Counted from the first letter of the stretch, positions 41,049 through 51,079 are shown. The stretch: DNA of 64,000 nucleotides from Planctomycetota bacterium (GCA_026991575.1 JALXBF010000191.1:1-64000); one strand, 5' to 3'. Numbers and translations are program-made. The notes: a model not told the origin generated them from the letters alone.

Positions 41049-42959
41049 TTAGCCCTGTGCCTCGCCGTGCTGGTTGCCTGGTGCGGCTGCCGCCATGACG
41101 GCCAGCTGGGCCCGCGAACGCTGCTGCTCCCGCTCCAAGAACGGTCGCCCTTTCTTGACCTTGACGTTGTCCCAGGGCAGGACCTCATCGAGCGGTCGTT
41201 CGCGGTGCACGAAGAAGTCGAAGTCGATACCGCAATCCTCGAACGCCTGCCACCACAGCTCCGGCCGGAAGTACTCGGTCCAAGCGTCGAACCGTGCGCC
41301 GCGGCGCCAGGCCAGTTCAATGGCCGGTGCAATCCTGCGGTCGCCCCGTGTGAGAATGCCCTCCAGCAGGCTGGTGTCGATGTCGTGGCACTTGATGCGC
41401 ACGCAGCGCAACGTCTTGCGACGGATCAGGTAGCGGTGTGCCCATTCGAAGTACTCGCGACGTGCCATCCCGTTCCACTGGTACGGCGTGTGGGGCTTGG
41501 GCACGAAGTTGGACACGGACGCGGTGACGGTCGGGTAGCGGCCCATTTCCTCCTTGCCGATACGGGCCACGGTCTCAGCCATCTCGACGATACCATCAAG
41601 GTCCACGGGGCGTTCGCCAGGCAGGCCGCACATGAAGTACAGCTTCACCCGCTGCCAGCCTTCGCGGAATGCCTGGCGGCAGCCTTCGTAAAGGTTTTCG
41701 TTCTTGATCTTCTTGCGGATCTGTTCGCGCATGTCGTCGCGGGCCACTTCTGGGGCCAAGGTCAGGCCACCTCGTTTGACGCCGGCCATCAGTTTCGGCA
41801 GGCTTCGGAACTGGTCGTTGACCCGGAGGCTTGGTACGGAGACATTGACGCCCAGCGGCCGGAACACCTCCGACATGCGGCGCACGAGTTCTTCGAAGTA
41901 CGGGTAGTCGCTGGAGCTGAGGCTCAGCAAGCCGATCTCGTCCAGACCTGTGTTGCGGTACGCCTCCAGGGCGGCCTGGACAAGTGATTCCACCGAGCGG
42001 ACGCGGAGCGGCCGCTTGATCACGGTCGACTGACAGAACCGGCAGCTCCACGGGCAGCCACGCATGATCTCGAAGGAGATGCGATCATGGGTGACGCTGA
42101 TGAACGGCACGATCGGCTTGGTCACCAGTGGTACGCTTTCCAGATCGCTGACGATGCTGGGGGCGATGATGGTGGGCAGCCCAGGACGGCTCGGATGGAT
42201 GCTACGGATGGTGCCGTCTTCGTTGTATTCGACTTCATAGAGACTGGGCACGTAGAGCCAGTCGAAGGAGGCGGCCAGCCTGGCCAGCGCCTCACGACGC
42301 CACTGACGCTGGTCGTCGCTAATCGGGCGGCGGACCTGCCACGGCGGAGATGGTTCGGGGCGTTCGTAGCGGCGGGTGCGCGGCGGCGCACCGAGTTCAC
42401 GGCGAATTTCGAGCCAGCGCTCACAGAGAGCCGGCAGGGCAGGTTCCCCGTCGCCGATGACCGCAGCGTCGACGAACGGTGCCAGCGGTTCGACATTCTG
42501 GGCACACGGTCCGCCAACGATGACTAGCGGGTCGTCCCAGCCGCGTTCAGCGACGTGCAGCGGGATCCCACCGAGGTCCAGCATCGTCAGCAGGTTGCTG
42601 TAGCAGATCTCATACTGCAGGCTAAAGCCGACAACGTCGAATTCACACAGCGGCGTGAAGGTCTCGAGGCTGTAGAGCGGAAGACCGTACTGGCGAAGCA
42701 GTTGCTCGCAGTCCGGCAGTGGCGTGAACGCCCGCTCGCACGCCCATTGCCGGTCATTCATCAACGTGTACAAGATCTGCAGACCGTGGTGGCTCATGCC
42801 AAGTTCATAGGCATCAGGAAAGGCCAGGCAGACCAGGCCGCGTACGGTGCGGTGGTCCTTACGGATGGCGTTCAATTCGCCGCCCATGTACCGGGCCGGC
42901 TTCTGCACCTTGGGCAGCACACGCGACGTGACCTGTTCAAATAGCCATTTGCGCAACAT
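41049..42959 (-). CDS. TIGR03960-type B12-binding-domain radical SAM protein
   Basis: V.KPARY.GGE.N, AFPD.YE.GMS..G..ILY, GFSLQYE..Y.N, EIMRGCPWSCRFCQ, SLSSSDY, LT.APE, KLYFM.GLP, FVPKPHTP.QW, LPWD. Confidence 0.92.
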   Translation of the reverse strand: MLRKWLFEQVTSRVLPKVQKPARYMGGELNAIRKDHRTVRGLVCLAFPDAYELGMSHHGLQILYTLMNDRQWACERAFTPLPDCEQLLRQYGLPLYSLETFTPLCEFDVVGFSLQYEICYSNLLTMLDLGGIPLHVAERGWDDPLVIVGGPCAQNVEPLAPFVDAAVIGDGEPALPALCERWLEIRRELGAPPRTRRYERPEPSPPWQVRRPISDDQRQWRREALARLAASFDWLYVPSLYEVEYNEDGTIRSIHPSRPGLPTIIAPSIVSDLESVPLVTKPIVPFISVTHDRISFEIMRGCPWSCRFCQSTVIKRPLRVRSVESLVQAALEAYRNTGLDEIGLLSLSSSDYPYFEELVRRMSEVFRPLGVNVSVPSLRVNDQFRSLPKLMAGVKRGGLTLAPEVARDDMREQIRKKIKNENLYEGCRQAFREGWQRVKLYFMCGLPGERPVDLDGIVEMAETVARIGKEEMGRYPTVTASVSNFVPKPHTPYQWNGMARREYFEWAHRYLIRRKTLRCVRIKCHDIDTSLLEGILTRGDRRIAPAIELAWRRGARFDAWTEYFRPELWWQAFEDCGIDFDFFVHRERPLDEVLPWDNVKVKKGRPFLEREQQRSRAQLAVMAAAAPGNQHGEAQG

Positions 42960-43140
42960 GTTCCTTCTCCTCGCGCCCGAATCACTCCCCTCTTTAGGTA
43001 AGTCTACGCACCGGTAGCTCAGCAGGCGTTCCGGGCGGTGGTTACCGGTTTGGATGCCGGGCTGGTTCGCGACATCTGCTAGGATTGGGTAATGCCATGC
43101 GGAGAGAGCGTGAGTCGTTCAGGTGCAATGGAGGTCAGTT

Positions 43141-43914
43141 GTGTCCGATCTGCGTCAGCGCCTGCTAGCGGGCGAGGTGATCCGGCTCTTTGGCGTCGGT
43201 CAGTTAGCCAGTGCCAAGCTGGTCGAGATGGTGGGCATTCTTGGCGGTTACGACGGCATCTGGATCGATATGGAACACGCCGGCTGTGATCTGAGGCAGG
43301 TGGAGCAGCTGACGTTGGCCTGTCGAGCGCGCGGGCTGGCTGCCATTGCCCGCGTGGAGCTGACCGACTATGCCCGGCTGATGCGGCCGCTGGAGGCCGG
43401 TGCCGTGGGGGTCATGGCGGCTCAGGTTCGTTCGCTGGACGATGGACGCAAGCTGGTGCGATGGACGAGGTTCTGGCCGCTCGGCCAGCGTGGCATCAAC
43501 GGCGGCGGCGTCGACGGCGACTACGGTATCACGCCGTTGGCCGAATATGCTGAGCGGGCGAACGGGCAAGTGGTCGTAGCCGCACAGGTCGAGACGATCG
43601 ATGCGATTGAGGCGTTGCCGGACCTGGTACGCCTGGACGGCATCGATCTGTTCTTCGTGGGACCGTCCGATCTTGCCCAGGCGCTGGGCGTGATCGGTCA
43701 GTTCGAACACCCGCGGTGCATGGACACGATCGACTACATCGCGCGGACGTGCCGGGAGGCTGGCAAACGGTGGGGCATTGTGGCCCGCACCCCCGAGTAT
43801 GCCGAACACTGGCGTCAGCGCGGCTGCAACGTGTTTCTGGTGGGTAACGATCTGATTGCCTTTCGTGAGGGGATCGGCCGGCTGCGTGAGCGGTTTAGCG
43901 GGCTGTTCCAGTAG
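43141..43914 (+). CDS. HpcH/HpaI aldolase family protein
   Basis: WIDMEH, RF.P.G.RG, QVET, DLFFVGPSDL; GTG start after GGAGG. Confidence 0.9.
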   Translation: MSDLRQRLLAGEVIRLFGVGQLASAKLVEMVGILGGYDGIWIDMEHAGCDLRQVEQLTLACRARGLAAIARVELTDYARLMRPLEAGAVGVMAAQVRSLDDGRKLVRWTRFWPLGQRGINGGGVDGDYGITPLAEYAERANGQVVVAAQVETIDAIEALPDLVRLDGIDLFFVGPSDLAQALGVIGQFEHPRCMDTIDYIARTCREAGKRWGIVARTPEYAEHWRQRGCNVFLVGNDLIAFREGIGRLRERFSGLFQ

Positions 43915-44042
43915 AATAGCAACGGGTTCATGGTCGCGGAACTCTCTGCGGGCTTACCTTTGGCGCTGTGCTCACGGGGGTGGTACCAGCAACGTACGGA
44001 CCGGGAACGCGCAGAGCTCGGTCATATCGGAGCAGTTGGCGC

Positions 44043-45158
44043 ATGAACCGAGAGATGGCACCTCGGGGCAACCGGCCACAGGTTAGCCCGGAGACGCTCG
44101 TTCGGCTCTTGCTGCAGAAAGACTTCGCGACACGCGCGGAACTGGAGGAGTGCCTGCGTGTCTATCAGGAGCGGCTCGAGCGGGGCGAACAGGTGGATTT
44201 CGCCACGGTGCTCATCGAGCGACAGGCCGTCACTCCCCGACAGCTCCAGCGTGTCTTGCACCAGGCCCGCGGCGGGAATCGCATCCCCGGCTATCAGCTG
44301 CTGGAGAAGATTGGCCAGGGCTCGATGGGCGTCGTCTACAAGGCCCGCCAGCTGAGTATGAACCGGTACGTGGCGATCAAGGTCCTGAACAGCAAGTTCG
44401 CCCGGAACCGGGAGTTCATCGAGCGGTTCTACCGTGAGGCCCATCTGGCCGCCCAGCTTTCCTCGGGTAACATCGTCCAGGCGATCGACGTGGGGGAAAC
44501 GGACGGCATCTACTACTTCGTAATGGAGTACGTTGACGGTCACACGGTGCAGGATGAGCTGGACGACGGGAAGATCTTTTCGCAGGACGAAGCGCTGAAG
44601 ATCGGGATTCAGATCGCCCACGCTCTTGAACATGCCTGGCAGCGTCGACTGGTGCATCGTGACATCAAGCCGGCCAACATCCTGATCGCTCGCGATGGCA
44701 CCGTGAAGTTGGCCGACCTGGGGCTGGCTCGTATGACGTCCGACTTGGCGGCGATCCGGAGCGAGCAGGGTCGCAGTGTCGGCACGGCCTACTATGTGTC
44801 GCCGGAGCAGATCCGAGGCCTGGATGACCTGGACGTGCGCTGCGACATCTACAGCCTCGGCGCTACGCTGTACCACATGACCACCGGTCGACCACCGTTC
44901 CCGGGTGACACGGTTCGTGAGCAGCTGCACGCTCACCTCCACGAGCCACTGACCCCGCCGCATGCGGTGAACCGTGAGCTGACCGAGACGTTCAGTGAGC
45001 TGATCGGATACATGATGGCCAAGGACCGGAATTTCCGGTACCGGGATCCGAAGGACGTGGCTGCCGACATGAAGAGCATCCTCCAGCACGGCGCCCCGTT
45101 CCTGGGCCGCGAGACGATTCCCCAGCCGCTGCGCCGCCGTAACCAAACCAGCTCCTGA
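44043..45158 (+). CDS. Hanks-type serine/threonine protein kinase (cytoplasmic)
   Basis: IGQGSMGVVY, VAIK, HRDIKPANIL, DLGLA, GT.YY.SPEQ, DIYSLG; no TM segment; start 44043 or 44055. Confidence 0.95.
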   Translation: MNREMAPRGNRPQVSPETLVRLLLQKDFATRAELEECLRVYQERLERGEQVDFATVLIERQAVTPRQLQRVLHQARGGNRIPGYQLLEKIGQGSMGVVYKARQLSMNRYVAIKVLNSKFARNREFIERFYREAHLAAQLSSGNIVQAIDVGETDGIYYFVMEYVDGHTVQDELDDGKIFSQDEALKIGIQIAHALEHAWQRRLVHRDIKPANILIARDGTVKLADLGLARMTSDLAAIRSEQGRSVGTAYYVSPEQIRGLDDLDVRCDIYSLGATLYHMTTGRPPFPGDTVREQLHAHLHEPLTPPHAVNRELTETFSELIGYMMAKDRNFRYRDPKDVAADMKSILQHGAPFLGRETIPQPLRRRNQTSS

Positions 45159-45414
45159 TCTGGTCCGCCCACCTACCTCTTCCAGCTGCCCACTCCGGGG
45201 CCTGCCACATCCGCAGCCAGACTCCGCAGCGGCCACGGGCCGTAGGTCTCGCTTGACGTGCGCCGATAAGATTGGTTCGACGATCCTCGGCGGTTTGTGC
45301 GTGTTAGGCGGACCGTTGGCCGAGACGGAGACCGGACCGATGACCACTGGGGGCGCCGACGTTTCTGGTCGTTACCCCTCCTGGCCGACCCACGGGCGGG
45401 AGGGGGCCAACACG

Positions 45415-46461
45415 GTGTTGCAGGAGCTGGCCGATGCGGTACGCACCGCCCAGTCGCTGTTCTGTACGGCCCGAGACGTGGAGCGGCTACTAGCCGCGTT
45501 GCAGGTCACGGGAAACGTCTGGGAGCTAGCGCAGCGGAGTGCCGTGCCACTGCTGGTCCTGTACCAGTTGCTGGAGTTGCTCCGGTCGCGCCGCTACGTG
45601 CGGTATGACGGCGAGCGGATCGAGCTTACCGAGCACGGCCAGCGGTTGTGCCAGGACGCGCACATCGCCCCTCAGCGGGTCATCCGGTGTCCGCGCTGTT
45701 CCGGTAGGGGCGTGGACCTGAGCGTGCTCGCCGACGTGCGCGAACGATTCGCTCGAATTGCCGCGAACCGGCCCACCGCCGTCCGTCGTTACGACCAGGC
45801 TTACATGGTTGAAGACGCCACGCTGGCACGCGTTGCGTTCCTGTGGGGCCAGGGTGACCTGACCGGCAAGGAGCTGCTCATCATCGGTGACGATGACCTG
45901 GTCAGCGTCGCTGCGGCCCTGACGCGTGAGCCGGCACGCGTGGTGGTGCTGGAGGTGGATCAACGCCTGATCGACTTCATCAACGACGTGGCACGGGCTC
46001 AGGATCTGGCAATCGAGGCAGTGGCATACGATGTCTGCCAACCGCTACCTGAGCCGTACCGGCATCGGTTCGACACGTTCGTGTGCGACCCATCCGAAAG
46101 TTTTGGCGGCCTGACGGCGTTCCTGGCACGATGCCTGCTGGGGCTCCGGGGGCAGGGGGCAGCGGGTGTGTTCGGGTTGAGCCGGCACGAGGCGTCGCTG
46201 CAGAAGTGGCACCGTTTGCAGCGCTGGCTGAACGAGCGAAGTGCCGTGATCACCGAGATTCGCAGCGACTTCAGCCAGTACCAGAACTGGCCCTACGTCG
46301 AGGAAATGAAAGCCTGGGCATTCCTTCCGATCCGCGTCCACCCGGAGAAACCCTGGTATCAGTCGAGCCTGATCCGTGTCGAACTGCTCGACCGGCCGCA
46401 AATTGCCAACGAGCCACTTTCGCCTGAGATCTTCATGGACGAAGAAGCTGCGACGTTCTGA
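45415..46461 (+). CDS. bpsA: Branched-chain polyamine synthase (N4-bis(aminopropyl)spermidine synthase, DUF43 family)
   Basis: N-terminal winged-helix with C..C.G.G, YDQAY, RV.F....GDL.GK....GDDDL.S.A.AL, E.D.RLIDFI, YD...PLP, FDTF..DP.E, E.SL.KW; GTG start after GGAGG. Confidence 0.85.
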   Translation: MLQELADAVRTAQSLFCTARDVERLLAALQVTGNVWELAQRSAVPLLVLYQLLELLRSRRYVRYDGERIELTEHGQRLCQDAHIAPQRVIRCPRCSGRGVDLSVLADVRERFARIAANRPTAVRRYDQAYMVEDATLARVAFLWGQGDLTGKELLIIGDDDLVSVAAALTREPARVVVLEVDQRLIDFINDVARAQDLAIEAVAYDVCQPLPEPYRHRFDTFVCDPSESFGGLTAFLARCLLGLRGQGAAGVFGLSRHEASLQKWHRLQRWLNERSAVITEIRSDFSQYQNWPYVEEMKAWAFLPIRVHPEKPWYQSSLIRVELLDRPQIANEPLSPEIFMDEEAATF

Positions 46462-46515
46462 GGGCAAGTGGCCACAACACTTGCAGTTCGGTCTGGCGGC
46501 TGTAGCGGAGGGGGG

Positions 46516-47484
46516 CTAGCGGGTGCTCAGATTGGGTTCCCAGCGCGTGTTGTCGGCCAGCGTGGTCCCGGGCGGCAAGTAGGCGAAGGGCCCAATCGTG
46601 CAGCCACGGCCGATCATGGCTGGCCCGTCGAGGTACGAGAAGGGCAAGATGACGGTGTCCGGCCCGATCTCGACTCTTGCATCGATGTAGACGGTGTGCG
46701 GGTCCAGGATGGTCACGCCCTGGTCGTGCCAGTGTCCTATGATCCGGTCCTGCATGATGCGATGGGCCCGAGCGAGTTCGCGGCGGCTGTTAACGCCAAG
46801 GGCTTCCAGTTCGGAGAAAGCGGCCACTGCAAGCACCGTCGCACCGTTATCCTGCAGGATGGCCGGACAGTCCGTCAGGTACAGCTCGCCTTGTTGGTTA
46901 TCGGGACGCAACTTCTCCAGCGCCCCCAGCAGCTGCCGCGCATCGAAAGCATAGATGCTTGTGTTGATCTCGCGGATCTTCTTCTCTTGCTCGTCTGCAT
47001 CCGCCTCCTCCACGATCCGCTCGAACCCGCCGCCGGCATCGCGCACAATACGACCCAGGCCTGACGGGTCGGTCACGTGGGCCGTGCCGATGGCGCAGGC
47101 AGCTGATGCCTGCTCAAATGATTGCATGAGCCGCTCGATGCTCCCAGCCGTGATCAGCGGCATGTCACCGGCAAGTACCAGCACGGGTCCATCATGCCGC
47201 GCAAGAAACTCCCCCGCGCACGCCACCGCGTGCCCGGTGCCAAGCTGTTGCTCCTGGTGCACGAACCGCAACCCGGGCCGGTGTGCAAGGTACCGCTTCA
47301 CCTGATCGGCCCCGAAGCCGACTACCAGGCAGATGTTCTCATCGGGTACACCGACCTGCGTGACCACGTCCAGCACATAGTCGATGAGCGCCCGGCCGCA
47401 GAGTCGGTGCAGGACCTTGGGCACCGACGTCTTCATCCGCTTGCTCTTTCCCGCAGCAAGGATCACCGCCCGCCACTGACTCAC
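46516..47484 (-). CDS. glmU: UDP-GlcNAc pyrophosphorylase (GlmU N-terminal domain) with a truncated hexapeptide domain
   Basis: LAAGKSKRMK...PKVLH, Q.QQLGTGHAV, GD.PL, GRIVR, IVEE.DA, EINT.IY, N.QGE.YLTD, GVNSR, GVTI.DP; only 322 aa. Confidence 0.85.
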   Translation of the reverse strand: MSQWRAVILAAGKSKRMKTSVPKVLHRLCGRALIDYVLDVVTQVGVPDENICLVVGFGADQVKRYLAHRPGLRFVHQEQQLGTGHAVACAGEFLARHDGPVLVLAGDMPLITAGSIERLMQSFEQASAACAIGTAHVTDPSGLGRIVRDAGGGFERIVEEADADEQEKKIREINTSIYAFDARQLLGALEKLRPDNQQGELYLTDCPAILQDNGATVLAVAAFSELEALGVNSRRELARAHRIMQDRIIGHWHDQGVTILDPHTVYIDARVEIGPDTVILPFSYLDGPAMIGRGCTIGPFAYLPPGTTLADNTRWEPNLSTR

Positions 47485-47632
47485 TCGCTTGCCTCCTGAG
47501 AAGACGTTCCCATCAGAATCTGCAAGGGGCTACCCGGTTACCCGGCCCGGTGGTCGTCGGTTGGCCAGGTTCCGGACTGCTCCCTGGGTTCGGAGAGATC
47601 ATTCTCGAGAACACAGTTGCCGCAGGGGCGGT

Positions 47633-49594
47633 TCAGCGACAGCCGGCGCGCGTGGTGCCGAGCCGGTCCGTTAGGTCCATGCCGGTCGTGCTGCCACAGC
47701 GTTCGCCGTAGTGTTCCCACCATAGCTGGAACATGATCAGCGTCCACAACTGCTTACGATAGTTGGCTCGACGTGCCCAGTGCAGTTTCAGTAGCTGTTG
47801 CACGTAGTCCGCGTTGAACAGGCCCTGGCGGCGTAACCGATCGGTGCTGAGCAGTTCCTCGGCCAGTGGCCGTAACTGTTCACAGAGCCACCGTGCCACC
47901 GGAATGCCAAACCCCTTCTTTTTTCGCTGCAGGACTGCATGCGGAAGCCGCTCGCGCAATGCCAGCTTCAGCAACCACTTCGTGCACCGACCACGCAGCT
48001 TGAACCGGCCCGGGAGGCGGTTGAGAAAGAGCACCAGTTCCGGATCGAGGAACGGGGCACGCACCTCGAGGCTGGTGGCCATGCTTGCCCGATCGGCCTT
48101 GGTAAGAATGTCCTCGGCCAGGTACGTGTCCTGATACAGAGCCAGCAACTGATTGGTCGGGTCGTCTCCCCGCGCCAGCGTGCGTGCCACGTGTCGGATT
48201 TCGCGTTCCGGCAGTGCCGGATCTAACTCTGCCAGGAGATCCGGCGTCAGCAGCTTCAGACGGTCAACCAGCCGGAACGATCCCAGCCACCAGAGGTGGG
48301 TCACGGCGGTATCGTTGTCCAGGCCGCGGAAGAACTGCTTGATCACAAAGTCGGTGCTGAAGTTGGCATGGCTGACGGGCAGAAGGCCGGCTGCCTGCGC
48401 GCAAAGCCGCCGCAGGACAGCGGGCGCGCGCCGCGCCACTCTAGCAGCCTGCTCGGCGACGAACGTCGGATAGCCGGCCAGTAGCTCATCGCCACCGTCG
48501 CCCGCCAGACACACGGTGACGTGTTCGCGGGCGAACCGGCTCAAGAGGTGTGTGGGCAGCACGGACGCGTCACCGAACGGCTCATCCAGATAGGCTGCCA
48601 TGGCCGGGAGCACGCGGAGGAGCTCGTCGATGTCGAAAATCCGTTCGTGGTGGCTTGTGCCGAAATGGTTTGCCACGGTCCTTGCCCATGCCGACTCATC
48701 GTACGACGGGTCCGTGAACCCGATCGTGAAGGTTTTCAGCTGGGTTTGCGGGGCGACCTCGGCCATTGCGGCAATGACCGCGGCCGAGTCGATGCCTCCG
48801 CTGAGAAATGCGCCCAGAGGGACATCGCTCATGAGGCGGCGGCGCACAGACGCGGTGAGCCGGTGCCAGAGTTCCTCGGCAAGCTCCTCATCGCTCGCGG
48901 TAGGCTCGTTTCCAGTGTGCTCGGGCCAGGCTGCTACGTACGGCCGGATCTGTGCGTCCCCGCCGTGCCAGCGGAGCACGTGTCCGCGGCGCAGCTTGTA
49001 CACGCCGCGAAAGATCGTCCACGGTGCCGGCACGTACTCGAACGCCAGGTAGCGGAGCAGACCGGCCGGATCGAGCGTCGTTACCAACTCGGGGTGTCGC
49101 AGCAGCGCTTTGATTTCCGAACCGAAGACGATACCACTGCCAAGGCGGGCCCAGTACAGTGGCTTCTGGCCCATACGGTCGCGAGCCAGCAGGAGCTGCT
49201 GACGTTGGCTGTCCCAGACGGCCAGGGCGAACATGCCGTTGAGCCGTTCAACGAACTCGGCCCCTTCTTCCTCATAGAGGTGTGGGATCACTTCCGCGTC
49301 GCTTCCGCTGCGCAGCCGGTGCCCGCGCCGCTGCAGCCACGCGCGCAGTTCGAGATGGTTGTACAGCTCCCCATTACAGAGCGCGATGACCGAGCCAGTC
49401 TCGTTTTGCACCGGCTGCCGGCCTCCCGCGACGTCGACGATAGCCAGCCGGCGCATGGCAAGTGCCGCCGGGCCGCCGCACCATATGCCTTCCTGGTCGG
49501 GACCACGGGCCCGCAAGGTCTCGTTCATCGAACGGACCACCACCGGGCTGGCTCGTTCGCCGCCGGCGAGAACGTAGCCGCAGATGCCGCACAT
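47633..49594 (-). CDS. asnB: Asparagine synthase (glutamine-hydrolysing) family amidotransferase
   Basis: MCGI, RGPD, RRLAI.D, NGE.YN, LNGMFA, RDR.G.KPLY, LSGGIDS, G.GGDE...GY, SLEVR.PFLD, KKGF..P. Confidence 0.93.
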   Translation of the reverse strand: MCGICGYVLAGGERASPVVVRSMNETLRARGPDQEGIWCGGPAALAMRRLAIVDVAGGRQPVQNETGSVIALCNGELYNHLELRAWLQRRGHRLRSGSDAEVIPHLYEEEGAEFVERLNGMFALAVWDSQRQQLLLARDRMGQKPLYWARLGSGIVFGSEIKALLRHPELVTTLDPAGLLRYLAFEYVPAPWTIFRGVYKLRRGHVLRWHGGDAQIRPYVAAWPEHTGNEPTASDEELAEELWHRLTASVRRRLMSDVPLGAFLSGGIDSAAVIAAMAEVAPQTQLKTFTIGFTDPSYDESAWARTVANHFGTSHHERIFDIDELLRVLPAMAAYLDEPFGDASVLPTHLLSRFAREHVTVCLAGDGGDELLAGYPTFVAEQAARVARRAPAVLRRLCAQAAGLLPVSHANFSTDFVIKQFFRGLDNDTAVTHLWWLGSFRLVDRLKLLTPDLLAELDPALPEREIRHVARTLARGDDPTNQLLALYQDTYLAEDILTKADRASMATSLEVRAPFLDPELVLFLNRLPGRFKLRGRCTKWLLKLALRERLPHAVLQRKKKGFGIPVARWLCEQLRPLAEELLSTDRLRRQGLFNADYVQQLLKLHWARRANYRKQLWTLIMFQLWWEHYGERCGSTTGMDLTDRLGTTRAGCR

Positions 49595-49761
49595 AGGCCG
49601 TTGGGAAGCCGAAACGTGTGGTTAAGTCTGCTGTTTTTATGATTGCTGTCGCCGCTAAGTTCTCCGTACCGGAGTGGCCCGGCTGCACCGGTGAGGCGCA
49701 GAGCCGGGTAGAATGAGTGCGTACGGCTCTGCCGGGCTCGAGCGCGATTCGGGTGGCGTCC

Positions 49762-50484
49762 ATGCGCATCTTGGTCATCGCCGACATCCACGGGAACTGG
49801 CCTGCACTGGAGGCGATCGTCTCGAAAGAGTCGTTCGATTGCTGCTGGTGCCTGGGGGACTTGGTCGACTACGGTCCGTTTGGTGCCGAGTGCGTCGATT
49901 GGGCGCGTGAACACTGCACCTATGTGGTCCGTGGCAATCACGACCACGCGGTTGCACAGTTCGTGAACGGCCGCGGCGAAGACGGGTACCGGTACCTGGC
50001 GCGGGTAACGCGGGAGCTGATGTGGCAGCAGCTTTCTGGCGACCAGATCCGCTATCTGGCGCGTCTGCCCGTTTCGCTCGACGTCACCCTGAACCAGCGC
50101 ATCGTCCACCTCTACCACGCCACGCCACGCGACGCCATGGACGAGTATCTCGGCCCGGATGAGCAGACCTGGCAGGAGCGGGTCAGTGCCCTGCGCGGCC
50201 AGCTGCTGTGCGTCGGCCATACTCACTTGCCCTTCCTGTTGCGGGTGGGTGAACGGATGGTGCTGAATCCCGGCAGCGTCGGTCAGCCGCGTGACGGCGA
50301 TCCACGCGCGTCGTATGCCATCATCGAAGATGGACGGATCGAGTTGCACCGCGTGGAATACCGGGTCGATCTCATGGTCGATGCCATCCGTGCGACCGAC
50401 TGGCCCGAGCGCGCCAAGGAGTGGCTGGCTGCGGTCTTGCAGCACGGCGGCCTGAGGCCGGCCTTGAGCCAGCTGCGCCCGTGA
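49762..50484 (+). CDS. Calcineurin-like metallophosphoesterase (YfcE/MJ0936-like)
   Basis: ADIHGN, LGDLVDYGP, RGNHD, H.TP, GHTH, NPGSVGQPRDGDPRASY. Confidence 0.92.
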   Translation: MRILVIADIHGNWPALEAIVSKESFDCCWCLGDLVDYGPFGAECVDWAREHCTYVVRGNHDHAVAQFVNGRGEDGYRYLARVTRELMWQQLSGDQIRYLARLPVSLDVTLNQRIVHLYHATPRDAMDEYLGPDEQTWQERVSALRGQLLCVGHTHLPFLLRVGERMVLNPGSVGQPRDGDPRASYAIIEDGRIELHRVEYRVDLMVDAIRATDWPERAKEWLAAVLQHGGLRPALSQLRP

Positions 50485-50509
50485 CCGGCGCAGCGCGACC
50501 GGACCGCTT

Positions 50510-51079
50510 TCACCTGCCGCGCAGGAACAGACCCGGTGCTGGGGGAGCCAGACGCGCATGGTCCGGGTGCTGGGTCGCGGCGGACCGGACCATCCGCACA
50601 GCCAGCATAAACCGCTGCACAGTGCGTTCCGGCAGGTAGGGCATCGCCGCTGCAGCGGCCCGATACGCGACCCGACTTGTCAACGTCTGACGCACTGGAG
50701 CGGATGGGTCGGTGGATGCGTAGCAAATGATGAGCGTGATGGCCAGCGCAAGCAGCGTCCCTTCGCACAACCCCCACACAAAGCCCAGATGACGGTCAAA
50801 ACTTTCCAGGCCGGCGCGCCGCAGCAGACGGCGACATGCATTGGCTGCCACGTACGTGAACAACGCACCGATCGCGTACAACACAACACCCGCAACCAGC
50901 TTATTCCAGGGGGGCGTCAGACTGACGGTCGCTGCCGCCGTGTCCAGATACAGGTACACGAGCATGCCACCCACGAGGAAGGCGCCCAGGTGCGCAAGCT
51001 GCCACAACAGACCGCGCCAGCTGCTGAAGATCGCCACGCCCAGAACCAGGGCTAGCATGGACCAGTCGTATCCGACCAT
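50510..51079 (-). CDS. CvpA (colicin V production) family membrane protein
   Basis: N-terminal D...L, RGL, 4 TM helices, GL...DR.LG...GL..G. Confidence 0.8.
   Translation of the reverse strand: MVGYDWSMLALVLGVAIFSSWRGLLWQLAHLGAFLVGGMLVYLYLDTAAATVSLTPPWNKLVAGVVLYAIGALFTYVAANACRRLLRRAGLESFDRHLGFVWGLCEGTLLALAITLIICYASTDPSAPVRQTLTSRVAYRAAAAAMPYLPERTVQRFMLAVRMVRSAATQHPDHARLAPPAPGLFLRGR

Noticed and set aside
47633..49594. AsnB as a lasso-peptide cyclase
   Set aside because: It has an intact N-terminal Cys glutaminase domain, and there is no adjacent B protein, RRE or precursor peptide.
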